Shown: one piece after another, positions 26,506 through 34,128 of the stretch
Layout of the letters: each line of letters begins with the position of its first letter
Position numbering within the stretch: position 1 is the first letter of the stretch
Assembly: GCA_949440065.1 (NCBI GenBank)
Contig: CASRZP010000001.1
Coordinates: 1 to 41,303, forward strand
Length of the DNA stretch: 41,303 bases
Source: an uncultured Bacilli bacterium
GTDB lineage: Bacteria > Bacillota_I > Bacilli_A > RF39 > UBA660
Direction: 5' to 3'
Position numbers and translations under genes: made by a program
Notes under the pieces: model-generated
Seen by the model: the letters and a program-made list of their open reading frames with translations, nothing else
Told to the model about the DNA's origin: nothing
Database searches by the model: none

Positions 26506-28890
26506 ATGATTTCCTATCAAGATTTAGAAAAACTACATGTACCAGAAGATACAAGAAAATTTATTGATGATTTATTGTGTGCCATACACTTTTTTGTAGA
26601 AGAAAAAAGGGGAAACGCTGATTTTAGTGAATATAGTACATATGCTATTCTTTATACCATGTATCATAGTGAAAAGTGGATTAATGTTTTAGGAAATTTA
26701 GTAAAAGATTTTTCTAGTTTGAAAACTACTAATAATGATGATTATCCTGTTGAAATTTCTAATCATCGAAAAATAGAACTTTTTGCCAAATATTCTTATT
26801 TATTTGATTCTTGTAGGATGGAAAATTATCGTTATCTTCATCCATTAGATATTTTACTATCATCACTTAAAGATATTGTTTATGATTATCATTTGGTAAA
26901 TAAAATATATAAGATTCCCTATAATTCTGTTGCCGATATGAAATTTTTCGTAGTAAATCACTTATATCCAAATACAATAAACCAGATGAATGACGAATTG
27001 TTTGAACATTTAAAAGGAACAATAGATGAGTCGCTATTTGTTTATTTACAGATTGCCTCAAAGCTTAACCATAATTGGAATAAAAAAGGAAATTGGTATA
27101 GTGATTCCTTGCCTCTTTTATATGCCATATTTATCAGGTCTAAAACGATATCCATAGAGGAAGAATATATCCGAAATTTGTTACTTGCTAGTGGTTTAAC
27201 CTATAAGAAAATGGCAAATCCAGTTGATTTTCATTTGGAATTATATAAAGATAATGTTGATGCCGATTATTTTTATATCAATAGTCTATTAGAAGGAGAG
27301 TATTCATCTTGTAAAAGTATAACTGACCTTTTTGTAACTATGATTACCAAAGATGAAAAAATAAAAGAGTATTTACGAATGATTAGTACTTCTTCTTATA
27401 ATAAGTTTAGAAAATGTTTACTCGATAAAGATTATGCTAAATCTATGCTATACGTGATGAAATGGAATGATATAAAGGACATCAATATTGAACATTCACT
27501 AGAAAGTATCATGAGTATTCACTTAAGGCTTCAAGCATTGATGAAAGATTCTAATATATTAACGGCTTTACTAAAAAAAGAGAAAGATATCGAAAAATTA
27601 TCCTTTTTTCTAGGATTATATCTAGACCATGATGCTAAACAGGAAGAAGAATACCAACAACGTTTAGAAAAATATGGTTTTTCTCGTTTAGAGATTTTGA
27701 ATACCTTAGGAATAACTTTTGATTTTCCGATAGATGAGGAAAAATTTCCACAGTTATTTGTGGAAAACTATTTAAAGTATCTAATAGACCCTGTGGATAA
27801 AGAAAATTTAAAAATGGATTTTCATCTGATGGATATTTTCTTTGGTTCTACATTAAATGATAGTAAAGTCTTAGAAAAATTAGCCCAAAAGATGAATGTT
27901 GATTTAAAAAAACTAAAAATTGAACTAGAAACAGGACGTGATTATGAAGAGAGCCTAACCCAAGAAGAACGCTTAGTCTTATTATCTAATCAACAAATAG
28001 AAACCCTAGACTCTACCAAACTAGATAGCATTTTATCTTTTGGTTCTACCTTGTTTCATTCTGCTAATTATATACATACCGAAATGCCTAAGTTAATTGC
28101 TAGTGATACAAACGAAAAATCTATTGCAACAATTAATCAAACCTTACAAAATATATATCAACAAGATAACAAAAAACCGTCATTTTTCACTAAATGGTTT
28201 CTAAGAAAAAAAGAAAATAAAGTCGACATAAAAAGAGTGGACTCGTCTCTTCTTGCCCAGTTAAAAGAGTCTATTGAAGAAAATATTCAAATCTTATCAC
28301 AAGAACTACTTGGTTACAATTACCTTCAAGACTATATTGCCGTTTATTATCAGAAAAATTTATCCTATTTGAAAATAGCCAGCATGGAATTAGAAAAAAT
28401 AGAAAAAGAGGTTTCGTTAACTACATCAGATGAAGATTATGCACATCTATTGCAAATGCGTACTAGAGTACAATTATTATCTGATAAAAAGAATCATTTT
28501 GAAGTATCGAATCAATTAATGAAGCAACAACTACTTAAAGTTAATCAAATGATGATGAACCATTCCATTACTTTAAATGCTTTAGAAATGGCAAGAGATG
28601 ATTTAATTCCTTTAATGGGAATAGAACTATCGATTAGTAAAGGTCTATCTACAGAAAATGATTCTAGAGAATTAACGAATGGTATTATGGATTTATTTCA
28701 AACTTTGTTAAATCAAAATCAAGAAGGAATAAAAGAAAATATCAAACGATTAAAGAAATCGGGTGTGTCTGATGAAATTTATGCTCTTATTGATAAAGAT
28801 GCACAATCTTTCTTACAAAAATTAACAGAAAACTCAAATAATGAAATAGAAGATGCTAAGATAAAGCAATTAACAAATAATAAAAAATAA
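26506..28890 (+). CDS. Large (794 aa) uncharacterised cytoplasmic protein with a TelA/YaaN-like C-terminal region
   Basis: The RBS is good and an extended -10 (TGTTATAAT) lies upstream. The last ~230 aa (LLQMRTRVQLLSDKKNHFEVSNQLMKQQLLKVNQMMMNHSITLNALEMARDDLIPL) resemble the conserved TelA helix bundle, recalled from memory. The N-terminal ~500 aa is unassigned. Confidence 0.55.
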   Translation: MISYQDLEKLHVPEDTRKFIDDLLCAIHFFVEEKRGNADFSEYSTYAILYTMYHSEKWINVLGNLVKDFSSLKTTNNDDYPVEISNHRKIELFAKYSYLFDSCRMENYRYLHPLDILLSSLKDIVYDYHLVNKIYKIPYNSVADMKFFVVNHLYPNTINQMNDELFEHLKGTIDESLFVYLQIASKLNHNWNKKGNWYSDSLPLLYAIFIRSKTISIEEEYIRNLLLASGLTYKKMANPVDFHLELYKDNVDADYFYINSLLEGEYSSCKSITDLFVTMITKDEKIKEYLRMISTSSYNKFRKCLLDKDYAKSMLYVMKWNDIKDINIEHSLESIMSIHLRLQALMKDSNILTALLKKEKDIEKLSFFLGLYLDHDAKQEEEYQQRLEKYGFSRLEILNTLGITFDFPIDEEKFPQLFVENYLKYLIDPVDKENLKMDFHLMDIFFGSTLNDSKVLEKLAQKMNVDLKKLKIELETGRDYEESLTQEERLVLLSNQQIETLDSTKLDSILSFGSTLFHSANYIHTEMPKLIASDTNEKSIATINQTLQNIYQQDNKKPSFFTKWFLRKKENKVDIKRVDSSLLAQLKESIEENIQILSQELLGYNYLQDYIAVYYQKNLSYLKIASMELEKIEKEVSLTTSDEDYAHLLQMRTRVQLLSDKKNHFEVSNQLMKQQLLKVNQMMMNHSITLNALEMARDDLIPLMGIELSISKGLSTENDSRELTNGIMDLFQTLLNQNQEGIKENIKRLKKSGVSDEIYALIDKDAQSFLQKLTENSNNEIEDAKIKQLTNNKK

Positions 28891-28910
28891 AAATCCTAAA
28901 TAGGATTTCT
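28891..28910. terminator. Bidirectional hairpin between convergent genes
   Basis: AAATCC pairs with GGATTT around a 6-nt loop, with flanking A and T runs. It overlaps the last codons of the minus-strand gene. Confidence 0.45.
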
Positions 28911-29222
28911 ACGTAACAATTTTGTTAATGTTTTTGGAGAGACTTTTGTCTCTTTTTCATTAATTGCTCTCATTTTCTCTAATATAGGGCGAACTGGCAC
29001 AATTGATTGAGGATCTACCAAAATATCATCAATTCTCGCATCGCACATATTAGATGTATATCTTTTTCGTTTCAAAATATCTACAAAATGAGTAGAATCT
29101 ACTTGATAAAAAACTTTTTTATCAATTACCTTTGTATAATGCGTAGTAACATGATTAATAGAAGTAATATATGTTACTTGCACTAAATTGGCTAAAAAAA
29201 CTTTTTCAATCTCTTTTTTCAT
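28896..29222 (-). CDS. Hypothetical protein (108 aa)
   Basis: This ORF does not overlap any other. It has the RBS-like sequence GAGGAAAAAG upstream and is divergent from the DUF2130-like gene. I recognise no family. Confidence 0.45.
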   Translation of the reverse strand: MKKEIEKVFLANLVQVTYITSINHVTTHYTKVIDKKVFYQVDSTHFVDILKRKRYTSNMCDARIDDILVDPQSIVPVRPILEKMRAINEKETKVSPKTLTKLLRRNPI

Positions 29223-29341
29223 GGTATTCTTTTTCCTCTCGTCTTGTGTATTCTATTATATCATATTGTAATAAAATTAATGTTATTTTGTTCTTGAATT
29301 TTAGAAAAAAATTCCTATAATAATACTAAAGGAGTGATAGT

Positions 29342-30625
29342 GTGAACGAAATAAAATGTCCAAAGTGTGGAACTACTTTTCAAATTAGTGAGGAAAACTA
29401 TGATTCAATCGTCAAACAAATTCGTGATCGAGAGTTTGAAAAGGAATTAGCTCATCAAGAAGAACAATATAAAAAAGATAAAGAAAATGCCATTAAGATA
29501 ACTGAAGCTACTTTAGAGAAGAAATTAGCAGAGGAACTTAATCAAAAAGAGTTAGAAATAACTAAACTAGAAAATGAATTAAAAATAAAAGAAGAAGAAA
29601 CCAAAAATAAATTAGAAAAGAAATTTTTAGAAGAGTTGAACCAAAAATCTAGTGAAATTGTTGAATTAAAACACCAAATTGAATTAAAAGATAATGAAAA
29701 AGAGTTAGCCATTAAGAATACTTTATTAGAAAAAGATAAGCAAATTGATAGTTTAAATAATGAACTGTTATTAAATAAAAGCGAATTTCAATTAAAGGAA
29801 AAAAATATTAAGGAAAGTTATGAAGAAAAACTAAAAAATAAAGAAGAACAACTAGCCTATTATAAAGATTTTAAAGCAAGACAATCCACTAAAATGATTG
29901 GAGAAAGCTTAGAACAACATTGTAATAATGAGTTTAATCAGTTAAGACCATTATTTAAAAATTCCTATTTTGATAAGGATAATGATATTAAAACAGGTTC
30001 TAAAGGTGACTTTATTTTTAGAGATTTTGATGATGATGGATTAGAGATAGTCTCTATTATGTTTGAGATGAAAAATGAAGCCGATGAGACTTCTAGTAAA
30101 CATAAAAATGAGGACTTTTTAAAGGAATTAGATAAAGATAGAAATGAGAAAAATTGTGAGTATGCTGTATTAGTATCGCTACTTGAAATTGATAATGAGT
30201 ATTACAATAATGGCATTGTGGATATGTCTTATAAGTATCCTAAAATGTATGTGATTCGTCCACAGTTTTTTATTCCGTTGATTACTTTAATTAGAAGTAT
30301 GGCCATAAAATCACTTGATTATAAGAAAGAGTTAGAGCTAGTGAAAAATCAAAATATTGATATTGCTCATTTTGAAGAAAATATGAATTCTTTTAAAGAT
30401 GGATTTGCAAGAAATTATCGTTTAGCTAGTGACAAATTTAAAAAAGCGATTGAGGAAATTGATAAGACAATCGATCACTTACAAAAAACAAAGGATGCCT
30501 TAATTTCTAGTGAAAATAATTTACGATTAGCAAATAATAAAGCAAAAGACTTAACGATTAAAAAATTAACTCACAATAGTGAGACTATGGCTAAGATGTT
30601 TGATGAGTTGAAGCAAGTAAGTTAG
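29342..30625 (+). CDS. DUF2130-like protein: N-terminal zinc ribbon, long coiled coil, C-terminal PD-(D/E)xK-like module
   Basis: The start is GTG with an AAGGAG RBS. The N-terminus IKCPKCGTTFQISEENYDSIVKQIRD matches typical DUF2130 starts, from memory. About 150 aa are E/K-rich heptads. A GDFIFRD...IMFEMKNE motif follows. Confidence 0.6.
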   Translation: MNEIKCPKCGTTFQISEENYDSIVKQIRDREFEKELAHQEEQYKKDKENAIKITEATLEKKLAEELNQKELEITKLENELKIKEEETKNKLEKKFLEELNQKSSEIVELKHQIELKDNEKELAIKNTLLEKDKQIDSLNNELLLNKSEFQLKEKNIKESYEEKLKNKEEQLAYYKDFKARQSTKMIGESLEQHCNNEFNQLRPLFKNSYFDKDNDIKTGSKGDFIFRDFDDDGLEIVSIMFEMKNEADETSSKHKNEDFLKELDKDRNEKNCEYAVLVSLLEIDNEYYNNGIVDMSYKYPKMYVIRPQFFIPLITLIRSMAIKSLDYKKELELVKNQNIDIAHFEENMNSFKDGFARNYRLASDKFKKAIEEIDKTIDHLQKTKDALISSENNLRLANNKAKDLTIKKLTHNSETMAKMFDELKQVS

Positions 30626-30699
30626 ATTACATTATGAAAGTTATTAAAAATTTACTAGATTTTTGTTGGATATTTTGCTAAAATAAAAATCATTTTGGG

Positions 30700-31461
30700 G
30701 TGTGGTTGTTGAAAAATCATTGTGTGTATGCTTTTACTAATGAAAATGTAACAAGTTATCAAAAAATATACCATTTTGATGGGGCTAATGTGCTATCTGT
30801 TTTAGGAAGTGGAGATCAATATTTTTCTAGTGTTTTATATGGTGCCAAAAAGATTGATTTATATGATAGCAATCCCAATACCTATCCTTTCTTTGTTCTT
30901 AAATTCTATTGTTTAAAATATTTAAGTAAAGAAGAATTTAAGTCTTTATATTTAACTAAAGATAAAAAGAATAAAGAAATTTTAGAAAAAGTATTTTTCC
31001 ATCTTCCTAGTTTTATTCAAAAACAATTAAATTTTTTATGCCAAGAACAACTGGCAGATTATTTGTTATATTCCATTATTTCAAAGCATCAAGAAAACTA
31101 TCAAACTGGAAGAATTATTCCCTATTTTGAAGAGAATGGTTATGAAATATTACAAGAAAAATTAAAATATAGAAAACTACCTTTAATATACCTTAAAAAT
31201 TTACTTACTTTAGAAAGTGACATTAAAAAAGGAAATTATCAATTGTTATTAACTTCTAATATTTATGATTGGATTTCTCTTAATCCTAAAGAATATCAAG
31301 CTTTTTTAAAAAAGTTAATGGTTGATGAAATTCAGGCGTATTATGGATTTAATGGATTATACAAAGAAAAGGATCAATTTAAAAGTTTAGGAATGGATAT
31401 TACAAAGGTTCCAGCATCATCGACTAAAGGGGTAAATGAAGTTTATACATTAAGGAAATAA
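30700..31461 (+). CDS. Hypothetical protein, possibly DUF3419/BtaA-like SAM-binding fold
   Basis: VLSVLGSGDQYFSSVLYGAKKIDLYDSNPN resembles a class I methyltransferase motif I plus an acidic loop. LLLTSNIYDWIS resembles the DUF3419 C-terminal block. The start codon is uncertain (GTG or TTG between 30700 and 30709). Confidence 0.4.
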   Translation: MWLLKNHCVYAFTNENVTSYQKIYHFDGANVLSVLGSGDQYFSSVLYGAKKIDLYDSNPNTYPFFVLKFYCLKYLSKEEFKSLYLTKDKKNKEILEKVFFHLPSFIQKQLNFLCQEQLADYLLYSIISKHQENYQTGRIIPYFEENGYEILQEKLKYRKLPLIYLKNLLTLESDIKKGNYQLLLTSNIYDWISLNPKEYQAFLKKLMVDEIQAYYGFNGLYKEKDQFKSLGMDITKVPASSTKGVNEVYTLRK

Positions 31462-31480
31462 AAGTTTTTAATAATGAATA

Positions 31481-31970
31481 AATGTGTCAAATTTTTTGAA
31501 AATGTCAGTTTGAAGTATAGTCTTAGTAAGATCAAAAGATAAACTTTTGATGTAAGAAGATTATAAATAAAAGAATCAGAAACTATAATTTTATAATAAT
31601 TTTCTAAAGTGTCGTTAAAATGATAAAAGTTCCATCCCTCATATTTGTTGTGATATAAATTTATAATTTTAATTTTTAATTCTTCCTTATATCCACGACG
31701 AGTGGATCTATTTCTATTTTTATGAGGAATACTTTTACTTCCATCTTTTAAGTAAGCTTTTTTCTTTCTATATATTTGCCTTTCAGATAAACCCGTTAAT
31801 CTTGATGCATCTGATATATTAATTTGATTGGCAAGTAATTTTACTAATATATTATTAATTCTTTCTTCATATTTAATGTAATCCTTTCGCTCATTTTGAT
31901 TACTCCTTTCTCAAGGAGTTTATTATATCATTCAATGACATTTTTAAAAAATGATATATACTGACATTAT
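31481..31970 (-). mobile_element. Internally deleted IS remnant with the N-terminal (HTH) part of an rve-type transposase (IS481/ISNCY-like)
   Basis: The minus strand encodes ...KDYIKYEERINNILVKLLANQINISDASRLTGLSERQIYRKKKAYLKDGSKSIPHKNRNRSTRRGYKEELKIKIINLYHNKYEGWNFYHFNDTL..., with a frameshift just after the ATG at 31894. No catalytic domain follows. The ends are imperfectly inverted. TTTTTTGAAAATGTCAG (31492-31508) matches the reverse complement of 31935-31951 (TTTTTTAAAAATGTCAT) at 15 of 17 positions. A second ATGTCAGT copy occurs at each end. The boundaries are approximate. Confidence 0.5.
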
Positions 31971-32001
31971 CACGAAATGATTACACTTTTGATGTTTTAT
32001 C

Positions 32002-32030
32002 TTGACCGTAAGATGCATTTATAATATAAT
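32002..32030 (+). promoter_or_regulatory. Near-consensus sigma-A promoter (TTGACC-N17-TATAAT)
   Basis: The -35 is at 32002-32007, followed by an exactly 17-nt spacer and the -10 TATAAT at 32025-32030. It lies directly to the right of the IS remnant and upstream of the 32060-33719 gene set. Confidence 0.55.
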
Positions 32031-32059
32031 ATAGCCAATAGCAAAAGGGGATAAAAAAA

Positions 32060-32134
32060 ATGATGAGAAGAATGATCAAGGACAGGGAATATGTAGTAAA
32101 TAGAAAAATTAATGATAAAAAACATAAGAAATAG
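32060..32134 (+). CDS. Possible 24-aa basic leader or micro-peptide (MMRRMIKDREYVVNRKINDKKHKK)
   Basis: It is absent from the ORF track. The RBS-like sequence AAGGGGA lies 7 nt upstream of the ATG at 32060. The stop TAG (32132-32134) overlaps the RBS (TAGGAG) of the next gene. Length and composition alone cannot establish that it codes. Confidence 0.3.
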   Translation: MMRRMIKDREYVVNRKINDKKHKK

Positions 32135-32147
32135 GAGCCTTTTTATC

Positions 32148-32762
32148 ATGAACAAAGAATACACCTATGTAGAGGGGAAAGTTATTGTTATTGATAACTT
32201 CGGGGGACTAACCCAAAGAGAAAATTGTGATCATATAGAAGAAATTTTGATGTTAGAAAACTTGATTGAGACTATAGAATCTCAAATTGATTTGTTAAAG
32301 GAGAAAATGGTGCTTAATCAAAAGAATCAAAAAAAGCCATACGTTCCTACACTTTTATTAAAATCGTTATTGATAGGAATAACGATGGCGATAGCGGTGT
32401 ATTGGATTAGAATAGAACCCATTAAATATTTGGTCTTTATTAGCTATTTATTATCTGTACCAGTAGCTTGTTTAGATGAATTTAGAAGATGGAAAGAAAA
32501 GAGAAGTTTGAATGATTTTTTGCTAGAAGATAAAATAAAATTCGAATTTTTGCAAGAACGTTTAATCAAAGAAAAAAAGCATTTAGAGGAGTTAACGAAA
32601 GAAAAAAAGGCAAGTGTTGTGCTAAAAATGACACGAGTAAACGATAAAAAACGATTAAATCAGTTAAAAGATGAATTAGAAAAATGCTCTATGTTCATGC
32701 ATAATAGGGAAAATAGGGAAGAACAAAGGTTTAAAGTATATGAAAAGCGAAAGAAATATTAA
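32148..32762 (+). CDS. Hypothetical membrane protein: cytoplasmic N-domain, two TM helices, C-terminal coiled coil
   Basis: I prefer the ATG at 32148 because the RBS AGGAG lies 9 nt upstream. The TM helices are LLLKSLLIGITMAIAVYWI and YLVFISYLLSVPVACL. The tail is K/E-rich. I recognise no family. Confidence 0.55.
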   Translation: MNKEYTYVEGKVIVIDNFGGLTQRENCDHIEEILMLENLIETIESQIDLLKEKMVLNQKNQKKPYVPTLLLKSLLIGITMAIAVYWIRIEPIKYLVFISYLLSVPVACLDEFRRWKEKRSLNDFLLEDKIKFEFLQERLIKEKKHLEELTKEKKASVVLKMTRVNDKKRLNQLKDELEKCSMFMHNRENREEQRFKVYEKRKKY

Positions 32763-32777
32763 ATAAAAGGAGTAAAA

Positions 32778-33719
32778 ATGGAAAAAGAAGAAATTATCGG
32801 ATTAGAAAGTTTAATGAAAGTAGACCCCTTTTCAAAATCAAAAATGCAAGCTAAATTAGAAGCATTACACCGCTTAATTGTGGAGTATCATTATCATGTG
32901 ACACTTAATTCTAAATATGATGGATTAGTCACTTTTAATGATGGAACAGATGTTTTTGCGTTTTTATGTTCATTAAAACTAAATCGTTTGTCGATGAAAA
33001 GGATGAACGATATAGATGAAAGACGTATTTCAGAAATTAAGGAAGCACTACAAAGATATAAAGATGGAGAATATGGTTGGAAGAAGATGTTACATTGTCT
33101 TGATTTAATGAAAACTTTTCAAGACCTATCATTATTAGAACAATGGAATAATTTGAATCGATGGGAAAGATCGAGTCTTAGTGTGTTAGCAGATTGTCCT
33201 CCTTTTCAGGATGCAAATAAAGAATACGTTCGTTGTTATTTGGTGGAATGGTTTATCCAAATGCGTGAACAAAAATTTTTAGACTATACGAAGGAATATT
33301 TTGAGTATGTTAAAACTAATCATGCGAATCCTCAACTTTATGATACACCAGTGCAAAAAATAGCCTATTTTTCCGATGGGAAAAAGATGAATTCCCTTGG
33401 TCGAGAATTACAAGCAGGAAAATTGACTCGATATTTTACTGGGGTGAATCAAGAATTAAGACAAATGGTTTTAGCATACTGGAAAGTATTATCTAATCGC
33501 ATCAAGGTTAATACCAATGATTATTTAATTGAATTTTTAGCATCTATTGAGAAATACCAGACGAGTTCTTTATTTTATCAAGAAAAAGAACAAATACAAC
33601 GGTTAATTACTTTTCCTGAAACGAAAGAAAAACGTTTAATGGTACTTGAATTATTAGATCAGGCAAGTGAAACCTATATTTGTCGGGAAAATAGCAAAAA
33701 TAAAACATTAGTAAAATAA
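32778..33719 (+). CDS. Hypothetical cytoplasmic protein (313 aa)
   Basis: The RBS is AAAGGAG. It lies 15 nt downstream of the previous gene, so the two are probably co-transcribed. I recognise no family with confidence. Confidence 0.55.
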   Translation: MEKEEIIGLESLMKVDPFSKSKMQAKLEALHRLIVEYHYHVTLNSKYDGLVTFNDGTDVFAFLCSLKLNRLSMKRMNDIDERRISEIKEALQRYKDGEYGWKKMLHCLDLMKTFQDLSLLEQWNNLNRWERSSLSVLADCPPFQDANKEYVRCYLVEWFIQMREQKFLDYTKEYFEYVKTNHANPQLYDTPVQKIAYFSDGKKMNSLGRELQAGKLTRYFTGVNQELRQMVLAYWKVLSNRIKVNTNDYLIEFLASIEKYQTSSLFYQEKEQIQRLITFPETKEKRLMVLELLDQASETYICRENSKNKTLVK

Positions 33720-34009
33720 AAGGAGTACATGATGAGTAATAAAATGAACAAGATGCAATTTTTATCTAGTCGAGTAGTTTATACTTAAAGTAGGATAAAA
33801 ACTTTAAGAAAAAAATTTATTTACCCGCTTTAGTAGTTTAGTAGTAGCCGCTTTATGTGTAATAGGTGCACTAAATTTGGGGTTCTCCTTTTGGTAATGT
33901 TAGTAGTTACCTTGTTTTTATGGGCTAAAAATGATAAAATTATGTAGTAATTTTACTATTTAATTATGTTTAATGTTATTTAGTCTAGAAAATGAAATTT
34001 GTGATTTTC

Positions 34010-34069
34010 ATTCGTCCCCAAGACAAAGGTTGCATATTAATCACTCATTTTTATCATTTGGGGACGAAT
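34010..34069. repeat. Perfect 12-bp inverted repeat (ATTCGTCCCCAA ... TTGGGGACGAAT) with a 36-nt spacer, upstream of uvrB
   Basis: The left arm is 34010-34021 and the right arm is 34058-34069. These G+C-rich arms stand out in an AT-rich intergenic region about 60 nt upstream of the uvrB start. A second 7-bp inverted repeat (AATGAAA-N8-TTTCATT, 33991-34012) abuts it. Confidence 0.7.
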
Positions 34070-34128
34070 ATAGGGACTAATAATTTGGTTAATAGTAAAC
34101 AAAATAATAATGAATGGAGGCCGCAAAA

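Noticed and set aside
33730-33960. A short ORF (MMSNKMNKMQFLSSRVVYT) with an AAGGAG RBS, followed by out-of-frame pieces such as ...SLVVAALCVIGALNLGFSFW that resemble a DUF378/YuzA-type small membrane protein.
   Set aside because: The reading frame is broken several times and no piece is long enough to call. It is probably a decayed small gene. I have not listed it as a feature.
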